From the NCBI RefSeq assembly GCF_001194135.2, contig NC_069003.1, forward strand, positions 32,327,698-32,391,697: a stretch of DNA of 64,000 bases, written 5' to 3'. A program made the translations under genes and the position numbers. The stretch is from Octopus bimaculoides. Taxonomy: Eukaryota. This document shows, piece by piece, positions 39,335 to 52,819 of the stretch; within the stretch, counting starts at the first letter, position 1, and each line of letters begins with the position of its first letter. The notes under the pieces are model-generated. The model was given only the letters and a program-made list of their open reading frames with translations. It was not told the origin of the DNA and made no database searches.

Positions 39335-39541
39335 TAAATTTTGGCATAAGGCCAGGAATTTCAGGGGTGTGGGTAAGTTGATTACATAGTCCCCAGTGTT
39401 CAACCGGTGCTTTTTTCCTCAACCCTGGAAGAATAAAACACAAAGTCGATCTCAGATGAATTTAAACTCATAACGTAAAGATGGACAAAATACTGCATCT
39501 TTCCCAGCATGCTAACAATTCAGCTAGCTTGCCAACTCATA
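39335..39541 (-). mobile_element. SINE family B (second of a tandem pair)
   Basis: Reverse homolog flanked by GGTAAATATTTAA. Confidence 0.85.
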
Positions 39542-40120
39542 GGTAAATATTTAATATTAAAAAGCCTTTGGGTTGCCCAATAAAGAACGAGTGAAATTTG
39601 CCAAACAAGACAGTATATGATCGTACATGATAAAGGGGTTATGGTCAAAATGTCGAGACATTTTAGTTTCTGTCAGTATTAAACTAATAACTTAGAGCTT
39701 CTCTTGTAGTTTGTCTTATCTTTTGTGTTGTTACTATCTATGGTTACACACACAGACAAACAAACAAATAAAACTGTTTGATATGGTGAAAAATGTAAGT
39801 TACAAATGAAATTTCAACTCAATCTAGCAGACACATAATTTCACACTGAGACTCTTTAAAAACTCTTCAAATGATTTTTATGAATTATAAAGTATTAGTA
39901 TTTTTTGGATATTAAATGAAATGAACCTCCTCACTCCTAATCATCAAAGATCTGTAACACAAAGATGGCTACTCTCATAATAAATGCTCAATCAGTCCTA
40001 ACATGTAACTTCAAAAAGAACTTCTTGATTAAAAATTATACAGACAGAAGCAGTTAAATGTACAGCATGTAGTTGCTTTCCTTGTGAATCCTGAGGAGGC
40101 CCCTTATCTCATTTTTACAG

Positions 40121-40797
40121 GTGTAGGCATGGCCTTGTGGTAAGAAGTTTGTTTCCCAACCACAAGGTTCCATGTTCAGTTCCACTGCATGGCACCTTGA
40201 TCAAGTGCTGTCTGTTATATTTCTAGATTGACCAAAGCCTTGTGAGTGTATTTGATTGGCAGAAACTGAAATAAGGCGGTGAGCCGGCAGAAACGTTAGC
40301 ACGTCAGGCGAAATGCTTAGCGGTATTTCGTCTGCCATTATGTTCTGAGTTTAAATTCCGCCGAGGTCGACTTTGCCTTTCATCCTTTCGGGGTCGATAA
40401 ATTAAGTACCAGTTACGTACTGGGGTCAATGTAATCGACTTAATCCCTTTGTCCTTCCTTGTTTGTCCCCTCTATGTTTAGTCCCCTAAGGGCAATAAAG
40501 AAATAAAAAACTGAAAGAAGCTTGTTACACACACACACACACACACACACACTCATACACTTTTGTATATATGTGTGTGTATGCGTTTTTGTCTCCCTGC
40601 CTTGACATTGCATGCTAGTTATGAATATGTATTAACATCATGGAAATGGTGTCCTTCATTTCCAATCTTCAGTGTCAAAAATGTCTGGTTATTGTTAAAA
40701 TATTACCTCATTTGGAAACAGATGAAGGCATTTGGTTGTAGAAAACCTGTCTGGCCCACATGAGCACGTAAAAATGAATGTTAAAATGATGATGATG
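40121..40797 (+). mobile_element. SINE family A (A2) interrupted by a family B SINE
   Basis: Head at 40121-40271; the element resumes at 40508 and runs to the tail aatgttaaaatgatgatgatg. Confidence 0.85.
40272..40507 (+). mobile_element. SINE family B, young full-length copy with 9-bp TSD (aaactgaaa)
   Basis: aaggcggtgagccggcagaaacgttagc...gaggtcgactttgcctttcatcctttcggggtcgataaattaagtaccag...; CpG-rich. TSDs at 40263-40271 and 40508-40516. The central domain resembles the Meta/MESC SINE domain (recalled). Confidence 0.9.
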
Positions 40798-41744
40798 CAC
40801 TTTTATGGGGTCAGGAGAGCGAGAGAGATATGAGTGTAGTATGATTAATTTTTAATAATTTATCGAGCACTTTGAATGGAAAACAAATTGTTTTCAATGA
40901 GTTGCAGTACATACTGTGGAATACATGTGTATCTGCTGTCTAAGATTTGTTTGGAATTTTAAAATTTATATTAAGCCAAGCATCTTAGAGATTTTAAATT
41001 ACTTCATTAACAGAATTTAGGTTTACATATATCTTGCATTTATCATCTCACTTTCTTTTCATTTGCTTTAGATTGGTCTCTATTGACCCAGATGTGTAGT
41101 GTATATAGAAATGTATATCTTAAACATGGCCTTATGCTCTTCTAGCTAATGAGATGTATCCCTAAACATAAGCTTTTGTTTACTTGAAATAATATATACA
41201 TATCTGCTTTATATGATATATTTGTGATTCTTCTGTTTCTATTTTGTTTCCTCCAGGTAGACATTGTTGTCATAGCTCTAATTGATTTTGAATTATATAT
41301 TAAGCAGTTTCAGTGAAAAAATACCCTATTTTTAGAGGAGCTAAAATGTCTGCTGTGAAGCACATATGTATCTGCTATTCACACACATATGCACAAGCAT
41401 GCACACATACACACATGATTATGCTTATAAATGCTAACAAGAAAAAGTGCGCTCAGTATGTCATCTTTTTCAAGCAGCTGCAATTTCACAAGATGCATTT
41501 CACTATGGCACACCAGGAATCTGTTCCCCATTAGCTTTTTTAGGTCTTCATTTACATGTCGTGCATCTGTGTCTATAACATCAATGTAACTGAGTAGTCT
41601 TCATCATTTATTAAGCTGTGGAAGTTTTCAAAATATAAAATCTAATGTGGCTTGTTGTTCAGTATAAATAGCTGTGGCTTGCAGATCCTACTCTGCATTG
41701 AGCAACAACAGTAGAAATAAGTGGAATGTGTCCATAAATTTCTC

Positions 41745-41965
41745 TGGTCTTGTGCTCATGCCATGAGACATTTTGAGCCTTCATGAGAAGACTAATGACA
41801 CCATAGGAGAGACTGCTCTCTACTCATGCCTTGAAGAAAACCAACTTTATTGATTTGGAAAATACTTGATTGCCAAATATCAAAGTTTGTTACATGCACT
41901 CTAGGTTTGTCCCTTGCATGTTAAGAAGTCTTTCTTTGTGTCAGCTATAAAGAACCCAAGGTAAT
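41745..41965 (-). mobile_element. RTE/RTE-X-like LINE fragment
   Basis: The reverse strand gives LGFFIADTKKDFLTCKGQT*SACNKL and, after a frameshift, IKLVFFKA*VESSLSYG. These match post-RT motifs of the YLGS...KGQAW.ACNKL...VES.LLYG type. Confidence 0.65.
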
Positions 41966-42234
41966 CTGTTGCATTACGTTGTTTTCAGTCCACGAATCAC
42001 TACTGACTGAGCAGACCTACAAAGGCACTCCATCCATGAGCATCCTAGCTTTTTTTTCTTATGCACAGTGGACCAAGGATCACATTATCAAGCATTCTTC
42101 TTTTTTAAGGACTGTGGTTTTGGAAGCGGGTGTTCGAACTCCTGTTGTTAGAACTTATTGATAAATAGCTTTCATCTTCATTGATGGTCATGTATTTAGT
42201 TTTTGCCTTGAAAAACAGACCAACTTGCATTACC

Positions 42235-42712
42235 AAATTCTTTGAGGCAGATTTTCTGCAGCCAGATGCTCTTCCTGTAACCAACACATGGTTGTCATCA
42301 TGCAAGATAATATTTCCTTAAGTCCTTTGAACATGAACAGACTGTAGTTGGACATCTTTTCATGAAAGATAGCAAATGAATGACAATGCTTCTTTGATGG
42401 TGATGTTTGTTTACGATTAAGCTGTGAATTGAAGACGAAGGACACATGAACATACATTTGACAACAAAGAAACATTAAGATACACTATCATACATACATA
42501 CACACACACACAAACATATGCATGTATATGTTTGTGTGTATATGTACAGGCATATGCAACAGGCTTCTTTCAGTTTCTGTCCACAAAATCTACTGATGCA
42601 GCTGTGAATGACCCTGGGCTGCAGTAGATGACACATCCTGAAGGTTGCACAGCGTGGGACTGAACCTGAAACTGTATGTTTGCAAAGTGAACTTCTTAAC
42701 CACACAGTCATG
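42235..42712 (-). mobile_element. SINE family A (A2)
   Basis: Reverse homolog of 40121-40797. Confidence 0.8.
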
Positions 42713-42731
42713 ACTGTTTCTTTATACATAC

Positions 42732-42784
<53 letters not shown>

Positions 42785-43204
42785 TATATACATACATACA
42801 GGTGAATGCATATATGGTTGTATAAATATACACTATAAAATCCCCTAAGCCTTTAACTGTTTCATGCTGCCTCCTTGATCCACTCTGTTCCTCTTGGTAG
42901 TAATTCATTCTTTAAATGTAACACAAGCGATAGATATAAATGTCTCTCGTTTCATTTCGATTTTCCTTTTAATGTGACAGTTTACCGTTGTACTTCATTA
43001 CTGTTCCCATTTCTTCCACTAAAATATATCAAAATATCCTCTCAGAATGTATAATCCAAGTAGAATCCTTGAAGCATTCTAAACATTATAGAGACACATC
43101 AACGAGGTTGCCTCTACATGAATGCCTAATCCTGATTCAAATAAATCCCAACTTCAATTCGGGTTACACCCAACCACCCTATCCTTGCAGAATGATATAT
43201 AACA

Positions 43205-43238
<34 letters not shown>

Positions 43239-43714
43239 CTCAACGGAATTATATCCTTGAAATGTTATAAGTATTGTAGAGGTAGGCCAGCAAGTGCATT
43301 TCTGCACCTCTAAGAATACATTGGATAATGTAGTCTTGGGTATCCTATGACTAAAAAAGATGATCATGACTGTTATATCTTTGGATATAGGTGTGATATA
43401 TCAGGCATGACCTTGGGTTAAATAATAATAGAAGTAAACAAATCATTCTTTTAATTCTTGTTACCCTGTATAAATTGACAATAAACGTTGCTAACATACA
43501 CTTCATTCAGATGTGACTGTCCAAAACCAGGACTGCCATGTTATGTTGGCAAACAATCTTTGCTACAAAGTACTGTTGCTGAATATCTCTCGTTGAGATT
43601 TACAAATAGTAATTTTCTAGGATGGTCATGGTTGAAATGTCTTATCATAAGACTGCTTGAACAGGGTTAACCTGCATTAAATTACATGCAAGTATTTGTT
43701 GAACCACAACTCAC

Positions 43715-43800
<86 letters not shown>

Positions 43801-44319
43801 GATAATCTGCACATCCACCAATGCTGAAGCCCACTTTCTCATCTTAATTGGTGTGTTTCATCCTCATTATATTCCGATGAAACTTTCACCCTATCAAAAA
43901 TTTTTACTGAACACTGCCAAGCTCATTAATTTCAACAGTGCATGTGGGAGTGACTCTTCTAAAGGGTCAGCATGTTGCTCCTCCTCTTTTGATTAAATAT
44001 TTTTTAAAAATACATATATTTTATTACATAGTATTCAGTTACAGCCCTTTACATTCTCAGTTCAAATCCACCAAGGTTAGCTTTGTCTTTCATCCTCGTA
44101 GAGTCATTAAATCAAAGTAAAACAAAGTGCTGGTGTCAATTTATATTCCTCTAATGCACACTAGATATGAATGGAATTGTGATGGAAGATAAAGAAGTCG
44201 CTTTGTGAAGTTATTGTATCTCTATTTTAAACACACGCTGTGATTAGATTGTAATTTTCCATGCTATTAACTACATTGTAAAAGTGTGTATATATAATTT
44301 CCAGTGTCACATTGACAAT

Positions 44320-44380
<61 letters not shown>

Positions 44381-44624
44381 TATTTCTCTCCTTTTGAGCA
44401 TTAAATACTGGAGCCTCTGCATTACTGTGCCAGTACCTTCAATTCTAGCTTCCAATTCAGCCTCCTACTTCCCATTACTTGTGAATATGACCCCAAGATA
44501 TTCAAACTTTGCATAGCCAAAAAATTAAAAATATAAATATATATACATATATGATGTGAGGACACATGGCCTATTGGTTTGAGTGTTGATCACAAGATCG
44601 TGGTTTCAATTCAATAAAAAAAAT

Positions 44625-44790
44625 ACCTGTTTTATCTTCAAAAAGGTCTGATCTGACCTCTCACACCTACCCTACAATACCGTTTTAAAAATAAACTACC
44701 ACATCATCAAAATCTTGAAGCTATGATATAGTGCATGATTAATTTAAAGGAATGCAAATAAATAAGCATTGCATAAATCTGAATGCTAAA
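44625..44790 (+). mobile_element. piggyBac-type MITE, family E, partial
   Basis: acctgtttta...gacctctcacacctaccctacaat...gaatgctaaag. Confidence 0.75.
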
Positions 44791-45194
44791 GTTTTAGAGG
44801 AAGCCATTTATATAGATTGAAAATTCAAGTGTAATAAATTAGTTGTAGAGTATAACATATCAAACCCAAATATATATACAATTGTATTGCTGAGGTGCAC
44901 CTAAGCAATACAATTTTAGTTTATCTAGGCCATGCTGTTTAATCTTTGAAAGTGCATGAGTAGTTGGAGCTGTGATGTTAAATGTATATCAGCTAAAGAA
45001 AGAAGAATGAACATCAAAGAAAATATGGAATATTTATCACAAGTTACCCCGTGGGACATGTAAATGTTTTGCTGACTGTTCACTTTGTTAGTACTGTTGT
45101 AGTAAAGAGCAGTTGTTCGTTTAACCATTCAGTGTTCTAAAGTTGCTAATATTGCAAATCTGTATAGCAATATCAAATGAGTGAAGCAGTTCTG

Positions 45195-45424
45195 TCAACT
45201 CTTTAGCGTTCAAATTTCTCTGTCAAATGTAATGCTTATTTATTCACTCTGTTTTGAGTTAATCATGCATCATCTCATAGCTTTAACATTTTAATGATGT
45301 GATTGTTTGTTTTTAGAATGACGTTGTAGTGTAGGCAGAAGAGGCTGAATCTGGCTAGTTTAAATATAAAGCAGGTGGAATATTTGTGTTTGATAAAGCT
45401 AGTTTAAATGCTAAAAGGGGTTAA
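45195..45424 (-). mobile_element. piggyBac-type MITE, family E
   Basis: Reverse-complement homolog ending aaatgctaaaagggg-TTAA. Confidence 0.85.
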
Positions 45425-45589
45425 ATATTACTGAGAAATAATATCTATCTGAGAGTGGTTATGAAAAATATCTTCGGACTTCTGTACTGTTGAAATATAA
45501 GTTGGGATGCTTAAATACATGCTTGGAGATATGTATGCATGCAATGCACATAGTTTCCATCTACTCAAATCTGAGAGGCGAATATGTTA

Positions 45590-45898
45590 ACTAAAATCGA
45601 CCCCAGGACTTATTCTCTTTGTAAGCCTAGTACTCATTCTATCGGCCTCTTTTGCCGAACCATTAAGTTACAGAGATGTAAACACACCAACATTGGTTGT
45701 CAAGCGATGGTGGGGGGGGGGGGGGGACAAACACAAACATACAAACACACACACATATATACGATGGGCTTATTTCAGTTTCCGTCTACCAGATCCACTC
45801 ACAAAGCTTCGGTCAGCCCAAGATGCCACACAGTGGGATTGAACCCAGAACCATGTGGTTGGGAAGCAAGCTTCTTACCGCACAGCCACTTCTGTGCC
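45590..45898 (-). mobile_element. SINE family A (A1), relatively young
   Basis: Reverse homolog that retains several CpGs. Confidence 0.85.
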
Positions 45899-46375
45899 TA
45901 TGTATATATTTATTTTATATCAAAGTGATGACGACAAATAAGCTGAAGCTTCAAAGTTTCTGTCAACCTTCCCCTTGTAAAATAATTGATCTTCCAATTT
46001 AATATTCAAAATGAATATATCACATTGCATAAAAACAAACAATATATACATATATGGATATATGTAGGCATATATGTGTACCTATGATATTTATGTATAT
46101 GTGTATGTGTATATATGTGGATATGTAGTCTTTGTGTGTAAATATATGTGTATATGCAGATATGTATTTGTCTGTGAGAGTGTGTATGTATGTGTGTGTG
46201 TTTTTGTAATATTTCATCATTCTCATTTAATATCATAGTTCCATTCTGACATGGGTTAGATGGTTTCACGGGATCTGACAGGTCCAAAGACTGCTTCTTT
46301 CTCTACCGTCTATTTTCATATGGTTTCTATGGCTGGATACCCTGATGTGTGTATTTATGTATGTATGTATGTGTT

Positions 46376-46417
<42 letters not shown>

Positions 46418-47906
46418 TATATTAGTCTACACACGTGTGCATGCGTGTATTTATTTGTGCATATATGTTTGCATATGTATGCTTAGAAATATCTTTGTGT
46501 GTAAGTTTTTGTGTGGTGTGGTGGATTGAATTCCATTAGTGGGTTTGTTTCTTTGTTGTTAGAAATTAGTGCTTCTAATGCTTAATATTAATTTGCATTG
46601 GAAATCTTGATTTTACAGTTTATTTTTTTTTTATGTCTTGGGAATGAATTTTATTTACTTTGCTACGTCCTTTTGTGCTTCTTGCCTAAATCCCAACTTT
46701 CATTATTTCTAAAATATTTCAAGCTATTAAAACCCTTTTTGATAATAACCTATCTATGGCACACACACCTCTCATTTCAAAGCGTTCCTATATAAATTTA
46801 ATATCTTCCATCATGATTTTATATAACAACCTTTTCAATTATGTTCCAAACATCAACTTAATAACTGGGAAGTTAGTTATTTTAATAAACCCTTCGAAAT
46901 TTTTGATAATATTTCAACATTATTGAAACACATGGTGTATTTTTATTAGAAATATGTTCACAAGGGGGCTATGAAACATGAAGTAACTACATATTTTTGT
47001 GATGAAAATTTATTTGTGAGAACAAAGCTAATTTGTTATCCAAAATATCTTAGTTTATTTCATGCTTTAAATCCTATTTAATTCATTTATTATCAATTTG
47101 GGTTCGTTGTGTTTATATCAAGAGTAAACTGGTGCACACTGGAGATGACATCTGTTAGAAAATTGGTTTCAGTTTTAAGTTTGTGCTTGCATGTTATGAA
47201 CCTGTAATGTTATTTATTTACATAATGTTTTATTTTGGAAAGCAAGCATGCAACTCTGTTTAGCAGTGAGAAATTGGCACAATGTTAGCAAATGAACTTT
47301 TGAACAGGTTCCAGCTGGCATGTTGTGAATAGTAGGATAGCTTGATTTAGCAGTAAAAACCTGCTATTAAGACTGATGTTGCTGGACTTGTAGCAGTTAT
47401 GTATCTGTGATGAGAGTTAGAGAGCGGTGAAGATGAAATTCACTTAGATTGTATATTGAAAGAGGATGAAAATAAGGAAAGACAAAATTGTTAGAAGAAA
47501 CATAAGCTTTTAAAGCAAAACTATTAAGAGACAATTTGTTGCTCAATAGGAATTTAATATAATGCAAAAGCTAATTTAATTCTCTTCAATTTCATAAGTT
47601 TTTTTCTTTTTGTTTTTTATTTTTTGAAATTTTATATATTTTTGGTGCAATGAAATTAGACACTTAGAAATATATCCAAGTCATTAATGGATTAGATACA
47701 TCTATATCTACAGTTTTATGCATTTTATATATTGACTTTCAAACTGAGAACCTCCCAATTACACTATGATGTATAAGATCGCTGCCTAGATCTAATGGAA
47801 TGCTTAAGTGTTTACAAATTACATTTCAGACTGTTCTATTGGTTCACTGGATTGATTGATATACATTTTAATCAATTTATAAATTGCAATCAAAAACTAT
47901 ATTTTG

Positions 47907-47946
<40 letters not shown>

Positions 47947-48634
47947 TTTTATACACATGCAAACACACTTTTTTTTTCTGTGTAATAGGTATTTCTTAAC
48001 AAAGTCAAAGATTTGCATTATGTGTATAATTATTGCCAAGTCTATAATAAGAGTTATTTTAGGGAATTTAGCTGCTCAGCTTGTCTTTTAGTCTATCAGG
48101 TATATGGCTGTTGCTATTTTCAGCCTATTTTTGAATGGAAATAAACCAGAAGAAACTCTGGTGGAAGTCCAAAGCTATTTATACATATATGTATGTATTA
48201 TATATACATATGTGTGTGTGTGTGTGTTTTATAGATGAGAGACATATTCTCTGAATAGAATGCACTTTGTAGTGCTCAAGAAATTTAAACTTGAGCAGGT
48301 AGAGGGTTAAATGTACAGACAAACAGGTTTGGCAAGTTGATATGCAAAAAATATTAAATACATTTAATACAAAAAATGTACATATGTTTACATATAAAAA
48401 GGTTCATCCTACACAGAATAGAGATGATATCAAGAATTAAAGGGGTTGAATAAGAGTTTTATGAGTCCAACAGCTGTTTCTAGGGGCTTGGTGGTCCAAA
48501 ATAATGAATCTAAATTGATTCCATCATCAGATAATACCAACCTCCATCTTCAGCGAAGAATTTTACATTTGAGGTGTTGACAGAAATGAGATTAAAGATG
48601 GAATTTGTACGTAAGTATTCATGCATACATGCAA

Positions 48635-49125
48635 TGTGCATTCCAGAGGTTTGGGGATTTTCTTAGGAGAGACGTTTATTAATTTCAAAAAAGCACAAAA
48701 TAATAATTTCCTTCAAAGTAGGATACTCTGACTTTAATGTACATGTTGTAGCACTCTAACCGCTTTGTGAAAATTCCATGAAAGTCCTACAAAGTGAGGG
48801 TGTTCAGGGTCCTTGTCACAACCTCTTCTATCTTCAAAATAAATGCCAATGAGATTTTCTTTCAGTTTAGGGAAGAAACAAAGGTCACAGAGAGCAAGGT
48901 CTGGACTGTAGAGAGAGTGATGAACAGTTTTGATACCCAACTCTGTTAAGTGGTTGGTTGCCAGGATGGAATTGTGGACTGGTGCATTGTCCTGGTGCAA
49001 GTGCTACCAACTTGAGTAGAAGAGCTCTGGCTTTTTGCAGTGAAATCTCTTCTTGAAATTTCTTCCATAAAATATTCAGAAGACTGTTCGTTTCAAAATG
49101 ATTAGCTGACTTTTCTCTCAATAAA
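48635..49125 (-). mobile_element. Mariner transposon, 3' fragment (different subfamily from 30570)
   Basis: HQDNAPVHNSIL...LGIKTVHH..YSPDLALCD..FPKLKENL...SYFEG. A TIR-like gtgcattccagaggtttggggattt lies at 48636. Confidence 0.85.
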
Positions 49126-49581
49126 TTTCTTATTGTATTTCATGTTGTTTTCCAGAATGAAAACAGTAATAATTTAATATAACTGATATTTGATATTACT
49201 AGCACTGATATATAAGATTTAGTTAATAGTTTCAACATCAACCTTCATAAAACTGCCTCTATTAAAATGTTCAAATTAAAATTTTAATTAAATTCAAATC
49301 TTGGACTAAAATCTCATTATTACATGAAAGATAAGATTAAATTTCAATAAGTAAAAATCTTTCTTTCTTGTTATTAAGTTAAAAGTTAGGGTTTTGGACT
49401 GGCAAGGCTGGGTGGTAGAATGGTAGAATGTTCTTAACATAGTGTGGTATTTATTCTGGCCCTTTATCTTTTGAATTCAAACTGTGCTGTGCCCAGCTTT
49501 GTCTTTTATTCTTCTCGGGTTGATAGTGCACCAGTCAAATTTAATTGACTAACCATTTTTGTCTTAAATTTCTGGCCTTGT

Positions 49582-49810
49582 TTAACCCTTTAGTGTTTAA
49601 ACCAGCCATATCCGGCCCAATATATTCTACATGTTTTATATTCAAACTGGCCATATCTAGCCTCTCACACCTAACCTACATTGACATTCTAAAAATAAAC
49701 AATCACATCATTGAAACCTCAAAGCTATAAGATAATGCATGATTAATTCAAAACAATTTGAGTGAAAAAGTATTACATTTAACAGAGTAATCTGAACACT
49801 AAAGGGTTAA
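49582..49810 (+). mobile_element. piggyBac-type MITE, family E (221 bp plus TTAA duplications)
   Basis: TTAA-CCCTTTAGTGTT...AACACTAAAGGG-TTAA; the termini are perfectly inverted. Confidence 0.9.
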
Positions 49811-49844
49811 GTGTGACTTGACACAGGCAGAGATGTGTGGAAAT

Positions 49845-50215
49845 GCAAGCAGAGCTCTGGGGTAAGAGTTTGCTTTCCAACCACATAATTATGGGTTCAA
49901 TCCTACTTTGTGGCATCTTGAGCAAGTGTCTTCTACTATAGCCCTGAGTTGACCAAAGCTCTATGAGTGGACTTGGTAGTCAGAAACTAAAAGAAGCTTG
50001 TCTTACATGTGTGTGTGTGTGTGTGTGAGATACCGTTTCCTTGCCTTGACATAATGTGATAGTGGTGTCCTTCTTTCCCAATCTTCCATGGAAACATGTT
50101 GGGTTATGAGAAAATATTACATTACTTGGAAACAGCTGAGGGTTGACAACAGGAAGAGCATCTCTTCATTGAAAGTCTGCCTCGAGAATTGTATCCAACT
50201 CATGCGGGCATAGAA
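49845..50215 (+). mobile_element. SINE family A (A2)
   Basis: Head, core, (GT)n and RTE-type tail. Confidence 0.8.
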
Positions 50216-50227
50216 AAGTAAACAATA

Positions 50228-50310
50228 AAATGTCCAAGGTGCTATGCAGTGGGACTGAACCTGGAACCTTGTGGTTAGGAAGCAAACTTCTTACTTCACA
50301 GCCACTTACA
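50228..50310 (-). mobile_element. SINE family A head fragment
   Basis: ccaaggtgctatgcagtgggactgaacc...cttcttacttcacagcc. Confidence 0.8.
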
Positions 50311-50579
50311 CAGCTGAGGCTCCAGAAAATCATGTACCAAGTAGCAGGAATAAATGTGAAGAAGGGAACTTGTAAATTCCTCATTTACATATTGAAAGCT
50401 AACAAGAAATATTACTTGTATTTTGGATGAAACCGGACCCTTTTTAATCAAAAACATCATTTGTAAAATGAGAAAATCCAAAGATGAAAGAACTCTTAAA
50501 TCTTCTTACACTGATATCTATATTTGTCGGTTAATCCTAAAGTGCACAAAACAGCAGTTTAGAAAATGTCTTTGTTTCA

Positions 50580-50820
50580 CCCTTTAACCAGGAAATTAAC
50601 TTTCACAGTTGTTCTAGTAAAGATGTTTAAATATCTACCAAAGAAAATAGAATTGGTATTTCCTGCAAGTCATGTTGCCACAATAATCTTGACATATATC
50701 AACAGAAAGTAGTTTCACACATGACATTCCTCAACAAAAGATAGATTGGTAATATGAAATTGCTCTCTGAAGGTAAATGAAATCTTGAATATCTGCTGAT
50801 TTCCATAGTAAAAGGGTTAA
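50580..50820. mobile_element. piggyBac-type MITE, family F
   Basis: ccctttaac...aagtcatgttgcc...catgacattcctcaacaaaagatag...gtaaaaggg-TTAA. Confidence 0.65.
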
Positions 50821-51059
50821 GAATCAAAAACTGGAATTAAGCACACCTTCCCTGCAAGGAAAAAGTTGAGCTTCATTTTAGAAAGAACTTCCTGCCAAAA
50901 GACCTCCTCTTTGAATGTGTTTATTTTTTCGCTTTTTATCAAATAGATTCCCCCTGGGGTTTTTTGATCTTCAGTTTTCAAGTGTAATAATAGTTAATAC
51001 CTCAAGTGGTGCGTTAGGGTTCAGTAAGTTCTTCAATAATGTTTTATTTGTTATTATTA

Positions 51060-51278
51060 AAAAGGCAATGAGCTGGCAAAATTGTTAGTGTGCTTTATGA
51101 AATGCTTTGTGGTATTTTGCCTGTTGCTACATTCTGAGTTCAAATTCCACTAAGGTCAACTTTGCCTTTCATCCTTTCGGGGGTCAATAAATTAAGTACC
51201 TGTGAAACACTGGGGTTGATGTAATTGACTCACCCCCCCCCCCAAATTTCTGCCCTTGTGGCAAAATTTGAAACAATT
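51060..51278 (+). mobile_element. SINE family B
   Basis: Homolog of 40272-40507. Further partial copies lie near 7520-7665, 35530-35616, 44040-44140 and 59445-59560. Confidence 0.85.
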
Positions 51279-52819
51279 ATTATTATTGTTGTTATTATTA
51301 TTATTCATTTATGAACTAATTAGGAACTTTTTATCCAGGAATCAATATCTTATAAATATATGTGAAAACATCTATGTGTAATTAGTTTAACTATATTCAA
51401 CCTACATTGGCAGGTGAAAGGACATGGCAACAGGTAAAAATCAATAATAAGTTGAAAAACACATTCACTCTGTACATCAATGATCGTTATATCACATCAG
51501 CAAATTTCATTCAAATTCATGCTATAATTCTATTTTTTATGCTTTACGTATTGGACTAACTGCATTTTGTTAAAATCTTGGGTTTCTAACAAGATTGAGA
51601 GATTTATGTAGAGAAAGCACTGCAAGACTGTGCGAGTTACAGACAGAAGTCTGACATACATTCACAAACCTCTGATAAATGTTCTATGTTTCAACTCCAA
51701 TACCAGTCCAACCTGTGGTAAAAGCAAAGCAAGTCTCTAGCTCTTTGCCTTTTCGTAAAAATAAGCTTTAACTTGAAACATCCATTATTATTAGTAACAT
51801 ATTAGATTTTAATTAAGGTGATAAGTACAGACATTTACTTTCCTTTGAGCTCTCAACCCCTGATGGGATTATAGGAGAGCTTTCATGACAAAGGATAACT
51901 AATCAGTTGACTAAAAATAAAGTGAAATTTAACCAGCGTGTGTGTTTATTATTAGTGTAATGACCTTCCCAAGATACAATACAATATAGCAATTTAGAAT
52001 AATTATTTCCCCTTAACAAAAGTTATCTATTACACCATTTGATACCATCCCACCTATGACTTCTACACTCCAATGATGCAAAAGTTGTCGGTTTTAAACC
52101 TTTTTACATCAAACTACCTGAAATCACCTTTGAATCTATGATATAAACAATTGGTTTAAAGCAGCAATTCTCAACTGGGAGAAATCTCTTCCCCTCCCCT
52201 ACGGCATGGAAATTTCAAGATTCCTGGGGGATATTTGGGGATTACAGTGGGGAAATAGTCTTTACATTGAATAATTCTTCATCATTGTGCATAATGTTCA
52301 CTAGATTTATTTGCTCAGTTTATTAGATAAATTTAAAAATAAATATTAAATATATTGTTATGCAATATAATTTGTGTAAGATAGTTTGGGTTAATATGAT
52401 TGAATTTTCAATGTTCATAACAAAATCATTTATTGAGAGATATATTGCAACAAGTCATGCAAATATTCTGTTGTCCCAGCAGACAAAATGGCAAATGTAT
52501 TACTTTGAAGAATGGCAAGGGGGGTGTGCTGAAAGAGCCGTTTTGCCTTGCAGGGTTCATCCCATAGATGGCAATCTATATCCTGATTGTGTTATCAGGA
52601 AAGAGATGTTTTGTGACCCCAGGATGTTGTAGTAGATTTGGAAAGAAACCTATTTGAGAAGCAACCAGTACAAGGCTTTATTTTTCTCATCATATGTGTA
52701 GGAAATTGAAATGGTGAACAGATAAAGGAGAATATAAAGGAAAAAAATTAGCAAACACTGTTTTAAAGTATTCATATATAGATTAAAATATTCCCTTCAT
52801 AATTTCTGTGATATTAACC

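Noticed and set aside
40121-40340. tRNA-like A/B-box sequences
   Set aside because: These are SINE heads with no complete cloverleaf, not tRNA genes.
48484-48573. 90-nt phase 2-2 open frame after ctgtttctag
   Set aside because: The donor GTGTTG is poor, and the nearby GTAAGT (48611) gives stops in the needed frame.
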